DNA of 61,292 nt, filler included. It is 8 parts of 8 records of this genome, joined end to end, with 100 filler letters (N's around TTAATTAATTAA, not from the genome) between each part and the next. Parts side by side here need not be neighbours in the genome. Positions count along the whole stretch, not along the records: positions 1 to 6,501 come from SRR7504441_688; positions 6,602 to 12,901 come from SRR7504441_689; 6 more parts are not named here. One strand, written 5' to 3'. The notes below the pieces were generated by a model. It saw only the letters and a list, made by a program, of their open reading frames with translations. It made no database searches and was not told the origin of the DNA. Below are positions 1 to 13,001 of this stretch, in pieces (positions within the stretch are counted from its first letter, which is position 1; each line of letters starts with the position of its first letter). The position numbers were made by a program, and so were the translations under genes.

Positions 1-22
1 GCCTTGACCCGAGCTGTGCTAG

Positions 23-370
23 GGCAATCCCTTTTTACCAGTTTTGAATAACCAAGTAAACCACAAGGACGCTTCACGGTTTAAGGAGAACTTCCTCCGG
101 CTAGAGCATGCTGCTTTCTTTGGTGGCATGGAAGATGACATAGTCAAGCCCTGGCAATCTTCAATTTGGGGGTACTACCGTGTCAACAGTACCATGGACA
201 TCGTTCCAATGCGCCAGCAGCCCATCTTCACTGAGGACCTATTTGGGCTCAAGACACTAAGCGACAAGCGCAAGCTGTCTGTTGTTACAGTCAGGAACAT
301 CCATCATCTAAAATGGAACTACAACAAGGTGTTCTTTGATGATTACATGGCACCACTGCTCACCTCGTAA
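23..370 (+). CDS. Palmitoyl-protein thioesterase (PPT1/PPT2 family), last exon only
   Basis: GNPFLPVLNN...FKENFLRL...GGMEDDIVKPWQSSIWGYY...FTEDLFGLKTL...NIHH matches the PPT C-terminus with its catalytic D and H regions. Acceptor AG at 21-22; 5' part lies outside the window. Confidence 0.85.
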   Translation, partial: GNPFLPVLNNQVNHKDASRFKENFLRLEHAAFFGGMEDDIVKPWQSSIWGYYRVNSTMDIVPMRQQPIFTEDLFGLKTLSDKRKLSVVTVRNIHHLKWNYNKVFFDDYMAPLLTS

Positions 371-378
371 TGCCCTGC

Positions 379-436
379 CAATCCCACGTCGTCAATGATA
401 TCTATTCTTTAGGCTGTGCAATCCCACGTCGTCAAT
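379..436. repeat. 18-bp direct repeat CAATCCCACGTCGTCAAT (379-396, 419-436), period 40
   Basis: Read directly in the 3' intergenic region. Confidence 0.9.
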
Positions 437-556
437 TTTACCTACGAGATTAATATTATTGATGTACTGAGGTACTCGTAGGTAAAATCATGATTGTATT
501 CTGGACATTGCACCCCATTGCAAGCATGTAATATTACATGTAATCTACGAGTGTAT

Positions 557-3496
557 CTACAACTCGATCGAGACCGTATCCTCTTGTGCACTCACTAGCA
601 CGGTCGGCCCGATCCCTTCAGTCACCCGCGAGATCATCGTGATATACTCCTCCGACCGGCGCTTATCCGATGCACTGCTCGCCTGTGACAGACGTGGGCT
701 GACCTCAAACTCATCAGGCAGAGGCAACAGCGGCAGCATCGACACTGCAGTCATATCCGACGAGGCCGCTACGAGGTCGTGCACCAGCTCCCCGAGCACT
801 GCGAGCCCTGATGGCGAGTCCACCAGCCCAGTGAGCAGCCGATTCGGCGCGGCCTCTGGCACTGCGAGCTTGGCTTCCCTCTGGAGCCGGTGGAGCAGCT
901 CTGGGGCATCCCAGGCCAGCACAAACACCTGCAGGCCGGTCAGGACCCAGACCAGACGGCGCCATTTGCCTGAATCTGTGCGGTGAGTCTGGTGTCCCGG
1001 ATCACCTTCTGATGCAGCTCGGCGTACCTGCTGGCGGTGTTTTGCAGCGATGCGTCGTCCTGTTCGATGATGGAACAGACCCGGATGTACGTGTTGGTCC
1101 TCCAGAAGCTCACGGTGGAGAGCAGGTGTGCCAGCTGCAGCTGGAGCGTGAGCGTGTTTGTATCGCCCCAAGGCAGGTGCCACACGTCTATCCGGCACTT
1201 GCCATGCGCTGCAGCCTCCTCGATCAACTCCTTGTCGAGCTCGCCAAAGTTTCGGAGCACCAGAAGGTTCCGGCGGCAGGCGCAGATGTCTACGAGCATC
1301 CCCACGTAGTCCCCGCAGTCCACTGGCATCTCTCTGTCGAGCTCCTCAGAGTAACTGCTCCCAAACTCGATCGCAGCGTGCGCGGTCGTCCGCTGCGACC
1401 GCGGGGAGTAGATAGAATTAGTCCTTGAGGACCTTGTACTCCCGGGCGTGTCCCGCCAGAATCCGAGCACTACAGTGTTGGCCTTGAGCCCGCCCAGTCC
1501 GGCCGCGAGCATCAAGTTAGTCACCCCCAGCCGGAGCGTCGGGGCCACCAACTGCTCAACGAATGCCTTGAACTTGGTCTCGTCCAGGAACCGCTGCCAG
1601 TCAGCCCGTCGCTTGCTGACCTGGACCATGCCAGCCGAGTCGACCCACCCCTTTTGCCCGCCGAGCACCACGTCACCAATGATGAACAGCCCGCCCTTCT
1701 TGAGATTGTTCACAAAGTCGAGTAAGTTCACGCGCCTGCGAGCGTGCTCGGGCGGCACAGCGCGGGACTGGCGGACCTGGCGGGGGAATCGACTAGGCAC
1801 AGGAACTGCGGGCGCCAGAACTTGACAGACTGCTTCCGGGCATCAAGCTTCAGAAGAAACTTGCGCACCTGCCCGGCCGGTCACGCCGCTGGGTGTAGAG
1901 GTAGAGTACCTGGTGGAAGATGAGGGACTGGGAGACATCACCCCAGTCGGTGTGCGGGGCGTTGTGGTGGATCTGAATGGCCAGATACAGAAAGACCAGC
2001 ATCGCAATCAGTGTGGCGATCCACTTAAGATAGAACATGAGCCCGAGACAGACGCACCCACCAAGCAGCGCAGTGTGCCAGGAGAAGAACCGGAACCGCG
2101 GCCGGAAGTTGGGGTGGCCGCAGACCCGGTGCACGAAGGTGGCAAAGTTGGTGGTCGCGTACGTGAGCAGAAAGAACATAGTCAGGATCGGCGCAATCAG
2201 GTCAATTGATCCGATCATCAGAACGCCCTGTGTGATCAGCAAGCAGAAGAGCAGCGCCCGGACCGGCTCGCCCCGCCATGTGGGTTTGAACAGCGAGAGT
2301 GGCAGCAGCTGGTCTGAGGCTAGCGCCTGGAGCAATCGGCATCCAGACTGGAGAGAGGCGAGCGCGGACGATGTGGTGCTGGCTATTATTCCGGCTATCA
2401 GCCCGGGCGGCCACCAGCACACCCGGGCCAGCACGTAGTAGTCGTTCTTCAGAGTCTCCCGGGGCACGCAGGTGGCCAGTGCCAGCACCACCGTGATGTA
2501 CGTGGCGAGCGATGCGAATATTGCCGAGAGCTCGCCTCGCGGGATCGAGAGCTCGGGCCTCCGGAGCACTCCGGACATATTAGTCCCGGCCATGATGCCG
2601 GTCATGGCCGGGAAGATGATCCCAAACACCTGGGCGAACCCGAACCCGTCATCGTACGCCGGCTGCATGTTGCTCCGGAGCGTGGCCCAGGAGGGGCCTC
2701 CAAAGCTGAGTGTTTGGCCGTTGTGCTCATACTCAAACGGTGCCCGGGTGAACAGGGCGCTCAGCGCGTAGCCGATGGCGCCCATCTGTACCAGAAAGAC
2801 GAACAGCGCGCACCGCGAGTAGAGTTTGGTGCCCACCACTGCGACGATCCCTTCGACCAGCAGCACGCCGGATGCGAGGCCCACGCTCAGCCAGTACTTG
2901 GAGTGCTGCCAGTCGAGCAGCTGCGGGCTGAGCATTACCTCCGAGAAGCCTTGCAGGTAGAACGCGGCCCCCACCGTGTTGGCCGCGAAGAAGACGCACC
3001 CAATCGCCCCGCCCAGCTCAGGGCCCACCGACCGGCTCACCAGGTAGTAGGTCCCCCCCGCGGCGATTTTGCCATTGGTGGCCATCGCCGACAGTGAGAG
3101 CACCGTGAGCAGCGCCATCCCCCCACCGAGCGCAAACATCCCGAGCAGGTGCCCCACCCCGGCCTGGCCGACCGCCCACCCGAGCCGTTCGAACAAGATC
3201 AGCCCGATTATGGAGAGCATGCACGGCACAAACACTCCGAGCACCGTACCCAGCCCAGACCGTTCCACCGGTGGCCGCCAGGAGCGCGCCACATACCGCG
3301 GGTCCCGCTCCCTCGAGAGGTGGCGGGTCACTTCCTCAGGGGCGATCCGGCTCGGGATCTCGGGGGAGGACGGGTTGGAGCCAAGCGAGCATCCGGAACC
3401 GGCCGAGTCGGCCCGGCCTTCGAGCGAGCCCTTGCGGCACAGGTCCGGCGGGTCCGCATCCGGCTTGGCCAGCAGGTGCGACTCCCCGGAGTCCAT
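557..3496 (-). CDS. SLC12A9: Cation-chloride cotransporter, SLC12A9-like
   Basis: [85 protein letters not shown]. Introns 1869-1909 and 1736-1776 (GT-AG) and 929-969 (GC-AG). Confidence 0.9.
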
Positions 3497-3630
3497 CTTA
3501 TCACCCTGCCGGTGTCACTGATCGGCCATGCTGAGTGCCGTTTGAGTTGAGTTTCGTTTGAGGGAGCCACCGGCAGCAGACGGGCGGCCTCATGAGGGCC
3601 TGAGGGCCCCTGCGCGTGGCGGGACGTCGA

Positions 3631-6501
3631 ATGGACGACGATCCCGGGTTCGCAGTGGCGGCCCGGGTGCTGCCCAGCCGAATCCGGTCGGCCCTGTGCT
3701 CCGGGCGGCTCTCGGAAATCGACGCGGCCACCGCTGCGGCCGAGCGCACTTACTGTCGGTTCCCGGAGCGCCAGCCGCCGCTGGTCGAGCGGCTGCGGGC
3801 GGACATGGCGCGGATCCGGTCGCTGCTGCTCGGGCGGGCCCGCCGGGCGCTCCGGGAGGAGCTGCGCCGACGGGGCGGGTGCGGGCAGCGCCACGACAGA
3901 CTTGAGGCGCTCGGAGCAATAGCGGTGGCCGCCCGGGCGAGCCCGCAGGGGATGACAGCGGGCAGGTCGAGGGGGGAGTGGGGCCGAACGTGGCCTCGCT
4001 GGCCGGGCAGGCCCGACGGGCGCTGGAAACCGAGCTGGCGGACGAGCTGGCGCGGGTGGTGGCGGCGGGGGCGGGCGAGCCGGTCGCGCGGCACGATGCG
4101 ATCCTGGCCGAGCCTCGGGTGGACCCGGCGGTGCGGGTGCTAGCTGAGGCGAGCCGGGCGGAGGTACGTCCCTGGCACGGCCGGCGGGAGCGCGGGCAGG
4201 TGCTGGAAGCGCTTGATGGGCATCCGAGCGTGGCAGCGGCGCTCTCCGGGCTGGCCGAGCGGCTCGAGGGCGTGCTGGAGCGGGCCGATCCGTTGGAACA
4301 CCAGCGGGTGGTCGAGCGGATGGCCGGGCTGCAGCGGCTGGCTCTGCCGGCTGGTTCGGTCCCCGCTGAGTTTGTTCAAGCCATCAGGAGGGTCAAGCGG
4401 TACCGGCTGCCTCGGAGCCGCTCACTGGTGGGCAGAGCACACGCTCGGCTGGAGGCTGAGGCAACGGCCGAGCTGGCAGGGCGCGTGGCTGAAGAGAGCC
4501 GGGCGCGCGGCTGGTTGTTGAACGAGATGAAGGATCCAGTGGCCCGGCTCTCTGCGGAGATAGGCATGCTGCAGGTACTCACCCGCCCACCCTGCGAGCT
4601 GCGCGGTGGCACCTTGGGCCGTGCTGTGTGGTGCACGTGCCCAGGCCGTCATATGATAGCGCTAGAGTCAGCCACCGCCGGCATTGCACTCAGCCCGCCG
4701 TGGAGGCCTTTGTTCAGGTTTCCGTACACTAGCATTGTGTACCGAGAAGTATTCTTAGGCCGAGATCCTTTCACCCGCACCCACGCTGATCACTAGTGCC
4801 AGGTGGTCCAGGGGCAAGGTCAGCTCTCCGCCAAGGCCAAGCTGCTATGCGAGGAGAGGCTTTGGGCGGCGCGGGAGGCACTGGCTGGCATCACTCCCGC
4901 TGAGCCGCTATGCAGGAGCTGGGGGACGAGGAGGCTACTCGGGCGCTGCTCAGGCACACTGACGAGTACCACAGCCTGTTGGAAGCGCAGGATCCGCAAC
5001 TCAATCCGAAAGAGAGAATATCGCGCGTGGTTGAGAGCGCTGAAGCGAGCGAAGAGGCCAAGCAGCTGGCAAGGGACGAGCTCGAACTGGCTTGGGCCGG
5101 GCACTGGGCGAGTGAGGCGGAGGAGGCGCTTGCCAAGGGGCTCGAGTCGGAGCTCGACCTGGCGCGGAGTAGGATACAGCAGTTCTACATGCAGCACTCG
5201 CTGGTTCCGGTCGAGGTCGAGCACAAACTTAACGGAAGTTCTAACAGACTTTTCAGGTCGAGCACCAACTCGAGCGGATCGTGCGGGTGCTCATGCAGAT
5301 CAGGCGCTGCCAGATTGCCGCGGCCGGTCTGATCGGCGCGCAGCGTGGGGCAAGGGACCGCCGAACGGAGCAAGCCGCTGCAGGCGCTGGGAAAGGCCGT
5401 TGCTGCTGGCCTGGAGGCAGCAGGGCGGGCGGGAGTTGGCAGCGCGGAGCTGGAGCAGGTGGGCTGAGCGCTGGTCGTGCTTAGCCGGGGGCAGGTTGTA
5501 GCGGACTGCCTGAGCGACCAGTGCCGCGCAGGCCAGGCACCGGGCCAGCTGCGAGGCTTGCTGGACAATGCTGCAAGGCGACCTGATAGGGAGCAGCGTA
5601 GCACGGTAGCCTCCTGTTGTTCCGTTGGCTGAGCTTGGTGACAGGTGCAGGCACCAGTAGAGGCCGTGGCGGTGTCAGATGGGACCCAGAAAGTAGAAAC
5701 TGAGCAGCGGCCCAGTGTTGAGATTAGCAAGGGCCCCGATTCAGCAACGCTCCCAGCCAACACTGCAGAGGCGCTCAGTGGATGGCAGGACTTGGAGCCA
5801 GCTGCCAGTCAGCTGCCCGCTACTGTGTCGCGTGGCCGCAGCTCACCAGCAGCCGAAGCTGCCCCGAGTGTAGCCAAGGCCGGATACCAGCCGACTGGGC
5901 TTCTCTGGCTCACAGGCCCGGCGACCCCGAGCATTTGGCCGTACACTAGCTGCTGGTATCAAGTAGAGGACTGGGAGCTGCGCTGTGAGGCGCTGGTGGA
6001 TGAATTGGACGTATCGAGTGTATTCGGGGGAGGCTTCCCGCAGTGCAGCGACGGCACTGCTGGGTCGAGCACGGTGGATCCACCATCAGAGTGCAATGTT
6101 GCGCTGGTGCGGCAGCTGTGGCAGTGCACGCGCGACTCGGAGGCGTTGGAGCAGGTGCGTGGTTTGATCGAGCAGCGGGCCGATCTGGGGTGTATTCACA
6201 TGGCTCAGGCTGAGAGCTCAACGCTGGGCAAGTGGCGGTGTGGGCTCCGGCCCTTGCACATCGCTGCGGCCAAGGGGTTTGCGAACACTGTGAAGTTAAT
6301 GCTCGATGCAAAGGCAGAGCCAGACCAGGCGAGCGACGGTGGCGAGACGGCACTCACAATTGCAGCACTCACTGGCCGACCATCGTTGGTCAGACAGCTT
6401 CTTGAGCGGGGGAGTGACGTGCATGCAGCCAACCTTGTCGGCCGGACTGCTCTGCATCAAGCCGCAACTAGGCTGGGCCTGACGCGCGGCACTGAGATCC
6501 C
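3631..6501 (+). CDS. Multi-exon helical protein with ankyrin repeats at the 3' end; truncated at contig edge
   Basis: Ankyrin motifs GLRPLHIAAAKG, GETALTIAALTG and GRTALHQAA near 6240-6470. Upstream ORFs can be joined by short introns (3925-3965, 4878-4915), but joins at 4575-4802 and 5230-5650 are uncertain, so this could be two genes. Confidence 0.5.
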
Positions 6502-6601
6502 NNNNNNNNNNNNNNNNNNNNNNNNNNNNNNNNNNNNNNNNNNNNTTAATTAATTAANNNNNNNNNNNNNNNNNNNNNNNNNNNNNNNNNNNNNNNNNNN
6601 N
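6502..6601. other. Artificial contig linker (N-TTAATTAATTAA-N, stops in all six frames)
   Basis: Same 100-nt linker at 12902-13001, 17361-17460, 35130-35229, 38926-39025, 46204-46303 and 54828-54927. Confidence 0.98.
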
Positions 6602-9600
6602 CCCGGGCAGCTTAAATTAGACTTTGACCACCTCTCGTTCGAACTAGACCTGCGCGGCTTCAAGCTGGAGGTCCGCCCCGGCCGGATTGGGGCTCGAGCC
6701 CCGGGCAGGTCGGGCCGCCCACAAATGAGCTGCACGACTGGTGGGGGCGATACCGCAAGCTCGATCCTCAGGTGGATAGCCCAGGCTGCAGCCTGTTGAG
6801 GGCGGGCAGCTGGTGATCAAACGAGACAGTGAGATGGAGGAGAACGGGGGGGACGGGGCGCCCACCGCCAAGGTGCGGCTGATCATCAAGTTCCAGCGGA
6901 AATGGCTCGTGTACCTGAGCTTCAAGTCGATCCAGGTCCGGATGGGGACTCAAAGGATAATTGGGCTGTCCAAACCGCTCGAGGGCGGGGACGAGCTGGT
7001 GCGGCTGAGCTTTACCAACATGGACAGCCACTTTTGCAACCAGAATCAGCTGGAAACCGATTTTATGAAAATGAAGAACGCTCTGATCCGCCCCGACCTG
7101 AAAACGGTGCGCCAAGCCCAGGCCTAGGCCGATCCGGTGCGGGTTAGGAGTTCAAGGACAACCTGACTGTGAAGATGGACGTGTCGCTCCAGTTCATGCT
7201 CCTGCACTTGGAGATGCTCCAGGCCGTGTCGTATCTGATTGACAACCTGCCGTCCGAAGCCACAGGAGACACCAAAGCCCAGCTCAAGCGCAGTGAGGCT
7301 GTTAAATCAGCGCGCGAGTCGGAGGATAGGGTTGCAGCGGAGGAAGCCATCAGACTCGCGGACATGAAGCCCGAGGAGGTGCTCGCCGAGCTGAAGGAGA
7401 TGCCGCCTGAAGTTCAGGCCGCCGTGCGTGCCAAGATGCTGCCCAACGAGCGCGCCAAGATTGAGAGGTTTGAACTGGCTAAGAAGCAAGAGTCGCAGGA
7501 GATCTACCCGGAGCTGGTGGCCCCGGCGAGCTCCGTCCCGAGCAGCTACGAGTACAAGGTCAAGTACAGTCCGTTGAACACGACTCTGGCAGTGGCAGCC
7601 AAGTCAGATCCGGAGGTGCTCGGCCTGATGCGAGCGCGCAGCGATAGGCACAAGGCTGACGATAAGCTCTCCGACAAGCTGACCAGCGAGGTGCGCTCCC
7701 ATTACAGGACCAGGCTGCTCCCGAACCAGAACTGCGTGCACTTGACTTTTGACCTCGAAGACACTTATCTGATCGACAGAATCGAGCTCTGCAACCCTGC
7801 AGAAATGCCGTCAGAGAATACCAGGCATGTGTCGATTTTTTTGGCCGAGCAGCTGACTAATGACGAATCGATGATGAATCAAATCTATGAGAAGCAAGAA
7901 ATCTATATAGGGAAACCACAAAAGTTCGAACCACAAACACAACAAAGGACGCAATTCGTGAGAATCGTGCTGTGGGGGGAGCCAGGGCGCGAGGTGGGCT
8001 TGTACTACGTTCGGATTCAGGGAAAATTGTTTGGAACCGGCAAGACAACTGGAATCTGTTGCGAGATCGCGTCGCCGGAGATGGTGCTACCGGCCGTGGA
8101 GCGAGATCCTGAATCTGGCAAGATCCTGAACCCAACCCAAGAGGTGGACTGTATTGTGTGGTCCCCAGGGACAGTCCGCCTAGACAATTACGGCACGTTT
8201 GTCAAGCGGTTCAAGGAATACACGGATCAAGCAAGCGAGGAGGACAGGCTGCAGCATGGAGAGCAAGAAAACAAGGAGCTGCAGAAGATGCACAAGCACA
8301 AGGGTTCGTTCACAGTGAGCGTCACATCCACTGCAGCAGAAGCCACCAGTGCAGACACGCCCATAGGCTGGATCACCACAGGCAAGTGGGTGAAAATTAA
8401 GGGGGGAAATGTATGCAGCTGGGAGCCCGACATGTTTGTTCACAACTGTCGTGACAGCAAGCACCTTGATGAAGACCACTTTGCTGATGCCGCTGATATC
8501 AGCGAAGTGGTCTACATGAAGGCGCCAGCTGACACAATTTCGCGCGTTAAGCTATTTGCAAGAATCATCCCGCGCCAATCGTCATTCAAGCTTGAAACGC
8601 TCATGCTGCCTCGCAAATCGTCAATGGTACTCCGATTCAACCAGGCAGACTTGGACAAATTCTTGAAAACCTTACTGACAATCCAACAAGCAGTCAACGA
8701 CGACAAGAGCATCAAAGACCTTTACAAGAGAATACAAGGCCATGAGCTGAATGGGAATTTTATGGATTTTTTCGGAGACAATGCCCAAAAGTTCAAGGAA
8801 TGGGCGCTCAAGGACATCAACAGCTTGGAGAAGGAGAACTTTGTGAGCCTCAACGTCTCACTGCGACACGCAGTGCAGTTCATATTCATCTCCAACTTCA
8901 TAGCTGCAGTGGAAGCAGCTGAGCCGGTTGATGTAACCCTCCAAAGAGGCGAGATCCTGGTCGAGTTCCCCCGAATGGATGGCCAGCTGCCCTACAGGTG
9001 CCACACCGCCATACTACTACACTAAACTAACTACTATAGTAGCGTACTATGGATGGCCTACAGGTGCCACGCGGCTCCCGGCTTAGATAGAGCGACCGTT
9101 GACAGCTCTGGGGCAGGAGCTGCGAGCCAGATTTGTCCCTGGAGCTCACCCAGTTGAACAAGCTGTTTTCGAATGGGCTTCTCGAAATGGCCAAGCTCCA
9201 TGACGAGGAAGAACTCTCCGGGCCCCGGTTCGATCTGTGGAAAAAGGTTCGAGCGAGAGAGGAGCAAGCTCCGGCGGCAGCAAGGCACGTGGCTTCTATG
9301 CTCAGGAAGCAGATCGAACTGATGAAGGAGGAGATACTCGGGAAGACGACTCGATCGGCTGACGAGAAGAAAGTGTACGGGCGAGTATCCGACATTGCCT
9401 GGCTGCAGAAGCAGTTACGGTTTGCAGAGCAGCACTCGTGTGTGATCCGGCTGATGGCTGTCTCACATGGCACAGAGGCGAGCAAGAAAGCTGGCAAATG
9501 TCACGTGACATACAATAAAAATGGCCGAGGCGACGCGCTCGTTAATTTGCCGTCTCTTAGAGTGAACTGTCAGATGGAGGGAGAAACCAACTTTGACTTT

Positions 9601-12548
9601 GACCTGCCGGAGATACTGTATCACAAGGGCAGCGAGGCTATCATGTTCAAGACAGCACAGATTTCGATTACCTCGAGTGTGATTCTTGACACAATCGAGC
9701 AGTGGTGCGTGGTCCAGTTGGACCCGGAGGTCGATTTGGTCGAATACAAGCTCAACCCCAAACCTGACCAGTCGACAGTGCTGGTCAAACTGGGCGACCA
9801 GAAGGATTTCCTCCAGAATACGCTAAACCTGTTCAGAGCCAACAAAGTGGAGGGGCAAGGCCAGTCGGTTGTGGACATATCTTGGACAACCACCGGGATC
9901 GCGTACCTTAAAGATGCGCTGGCTGCAATAGGCTATGCTCTGTCTGACGGCGGCGTGAAGGCAGAGGTCACTGCAGAGCCGCCTAAGCCTTTTCATTATG
10001 AGATCACTGGCCTGGATCGGACCAAGCTTGAGATCAACAATCTGCAGCCGTCGCTCGGGCTGTTCAATAGGAGCGGTGTCACGCTCGGAATATCAAAGTA
10101 CCGCACCCTGGATGGCGGCTGCTGGAACACGTGCAAGCTCTTTATCTTTGGCCTCTTCTTCCTGATCGGGCTCGATCTGTTCCCAGCCATCTTTGCAGGT
10201 ATCGTGTTCATGTATGCCTCAGTCGATTGTGACGAGGGCGATGTTAGATGCCCATCGCGCATCACTGCGCTCACGTCTGGCCTGATGGTGGTCCTAATCC
10301 TCATCTTCCTGGCTCCAGCAGGGCTGCATGCGTTGGCAGGGTTCACCTCTCGCGTCTACGGGCTGGTTGCCGGGTATCTGTGCATTGTGGTGTTTGCGTT
10401 CAAGTCGGAGGAAGGGTTTAATTGGATCTGGACTCTGTTCGAAGCACCAGACGCGGAATCGATTCTCAATTTCCTCACAATATGGATTTGCTTGTTCTGC
10501 ACTCTGCTCTCGTTTTGGAACATAGATGGCTCGTTCGGGTATGCTCGAGGCTCAGTCAGACCTCCGGAGTATCACAACACCCAAATCCTTCAATTGATTG
10601 GATATTCGCTCGGAGTGCTTGGCATGATGATAGTGATCGCGCTTGGGGTCGAGAATACGATAAGGAACGACGCACTCTTCGATCCTGTGCCGACCTGTGG
10701 CTCTGCGCAAGATACAGACCCAAATGCTCCATGCAAGCCGGACGAAAATGGGTTCTGGCCAACTTTCTGGGGAGGCGTGATCATGATGTGTGTAGCCGCG
10801 TTGATAGGGCTCAGGACGCTCGGCAGACAAGTTGCGCTCGCTGGGACGATCACCAAGATGCAGCGCGAGAAGCCTCTGCACCAGAGGCCGTTCAAGGCCC
10901 AAATGAAGCACGAGTCCGAGCCCGGGCACCTGGCGCCGCACAAGGTCTTCCTCACACAGGCCGGGCTGCGGTCCAAGAACGTGGACGGCTCTTCGATCTT
11001 CCGGATGCTCATATTAGCCGCGTTCGTGATCTGCGCGATTTCGTTCTGGATTTGGGACGGAATTGAACTGGAATGGTGCGTCAAGAGAGCAGAATTGCCT
11101 GGGACCAACGTGACCAGGGACACCAGCCGCAACTTTATGGTGTTTGGGTGGTTGGTTGTCGGCTGGCTGCTCGCGTTCATGGTGCGTGCGCGGGCTTAGC
11201 TGGTGTCGAGCCTGTGGCAGATCGGGCTGCTGGCACTGTGTGTGTCACAACTGCGGCTGCGCAAGCGACAGAAATACCTGTACGAACAGGCGCTGGAGGA
11301 TGCGGCAAACCATTCAATCAGCACCGAGGCAACAGGCGCGGCTGGTGCGTCTGAGCCGGGTGCAGGCGCTCAAGATTCCGGACACGGAGGACTCGCCGGA
11401 GTGGGACGAATTCCTGGAAAAGCACTGCACCATCATCAAGAACGTGCCGGCCAAGATCGGGGACCAGGAGCTGAGCGAGCTCAAGAATCAGCTTAAGAAA
11501 GCCTTCCTCGATCATAAGAACCGCGAGCCGCCGAAAGATGGGTCTCAAGATCTGGAGAAGCGTCCGAACCCATTGGCATCATCCGGTGGACGGGTCTCCG
11601 CTGACGAGGACGAGCCTCTTCCAGACGAGCAAGTCGATTTCCAGGAACGCCCGAGCCCGAGGGCGCAGCAGTACGAGGCGGACGACACCGGCACCGAGCA
11701 AGGCCGGCGGCTAACTTCAGGGGGTGAGCTGATACTTGATCTTGACTTGACGGATGGTGCAGTTCGCAGGCGGAAAAATTTCAAACAGCCGACCTCCCAG
11801 CGGCAAGCCCGAGAGAGCGGATATGGTGCGATGGGCAGTGGCGAGCCGGCAGCCAGCCTGGCTGCTGATCGTGACTCGGACGAGGAAGACGAGCTCAAGG
11901 ACATTCGGGAGGAGCAAAGAGAAAAGCAGATTGAAGTGGCCAAGCAAGAGAAGCAAGACATTGAGGTGTACCCTGGCTACAAGCTCAGCTGGGATTGGGA
12001 GTGCGAGAAGGAAGGGAACGACGTCATCTTCCAGATTCATCTATTGAACGGGCGAGGCGAGCGGATCTCTAATCACGACAATAGCAAGCTCTCTCGCAAG
12101 CTGCCGGCCACCAAGCAGGAAGGACACAGGGTGAGGCGGGACCAGGGCGAGTACAGCTTCAACAAATGGGCCGAGAGCAGGCCGGAGCTTAGGGATGTGC
12201 AAACGCTGCGGTTTGTGTTTGATAACTCGTTCTCGTGGTGCGCCGGGCCATGCCTGGCATCTAATTAATTAGTCGAAACAGGTATGCGTGGAAAAATGTG
12301 AAGCTGCACTGGCACACAGGTGAGCATGGCTCGGCCCTGAGCTCTTTTAAGTTGCATGCGACTAATTGCTGTGCTGTGCAGAGAAAGACCACGGTGCTTC
12401 GCCGCGGAGCACAGTATTTTCAGATTTTGGCGACATCCCGCCCGAGATGCAAGACATACCGATGGATGCGTTCGCAGATGTGGCTGAAGATGAGGAGATA
12501 CCCATGGACGAAATAGTCACCGTACCTGACGAAATACGTCATGTATGA
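6602..12548 (+). CDS. Very large protein, 5'-truncated: beta-rich N-terminal region, discoidin/galactose-binding-like domain, multi-pass TM region, C-terminal GOLD domain
   Basis: ORFs 6813, 7169, 9133, 11203, 11144 and 12366 join through short introns (e.g. 7107-7147, 8998-9116, 11182-11220, 11329-11365). HLTFDLEDTYLIDRIEL..QFVRIVLWG..VGLYYVRIQG is discoidin-like. Many hydrophobic helices at 10130-11250. LSWDWECE..DVIF..LRFVFDNSFSW|YAWKNV is GOLD-like. Confidence 0.65.
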
Positions 12549-13001
12549 GATGCTCGTGGTATTAGTTAGTACTTAGTAGCTGGGACCATAGGTACAGCCA
12601 TTAACAGCCATGGTTATTGAAGTACCGGCTTAGTCAGTCTTAATTGAGCATTAATTTTAGTAATTCGGTTGCGTGCTAATGATCGAAGTTGCCAATTTGA
12701 TTTATATCTTTTTTAATCTACCGTGGTCTTCTCAATCTCTGCGCGTCTCCAGCTCTGCTATTATATTTCGCTATTTGGTCATTGACTAGAGTGCTGGTCC
12801 TGGCTGAACTTCAGTGGGGCTCGTCAGTGCCGTCTCGGGCGTCTCCATGGCCACCGCCACACGCTCGATCTCGATCTCCTCAGTGGTGCCGTCCACTGAC
12901 ANNNNNNNNNNNNNNNNNNNNNNNNNNNNNNNNNNNNNNNNNNNNTTAATTAATTAANNNNNNNNNNNNNNNNNNNNNNNNNNNNNNNNNNNNNNNNNNN
13001 N

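Noticed and set aside
1736-1776. Non-canonical donor in SLC12A9 intron 2
   Set aside because: On recounting, a normal 41-nt GT-AG intron gives the right frame (DSPAR|RVNLL).
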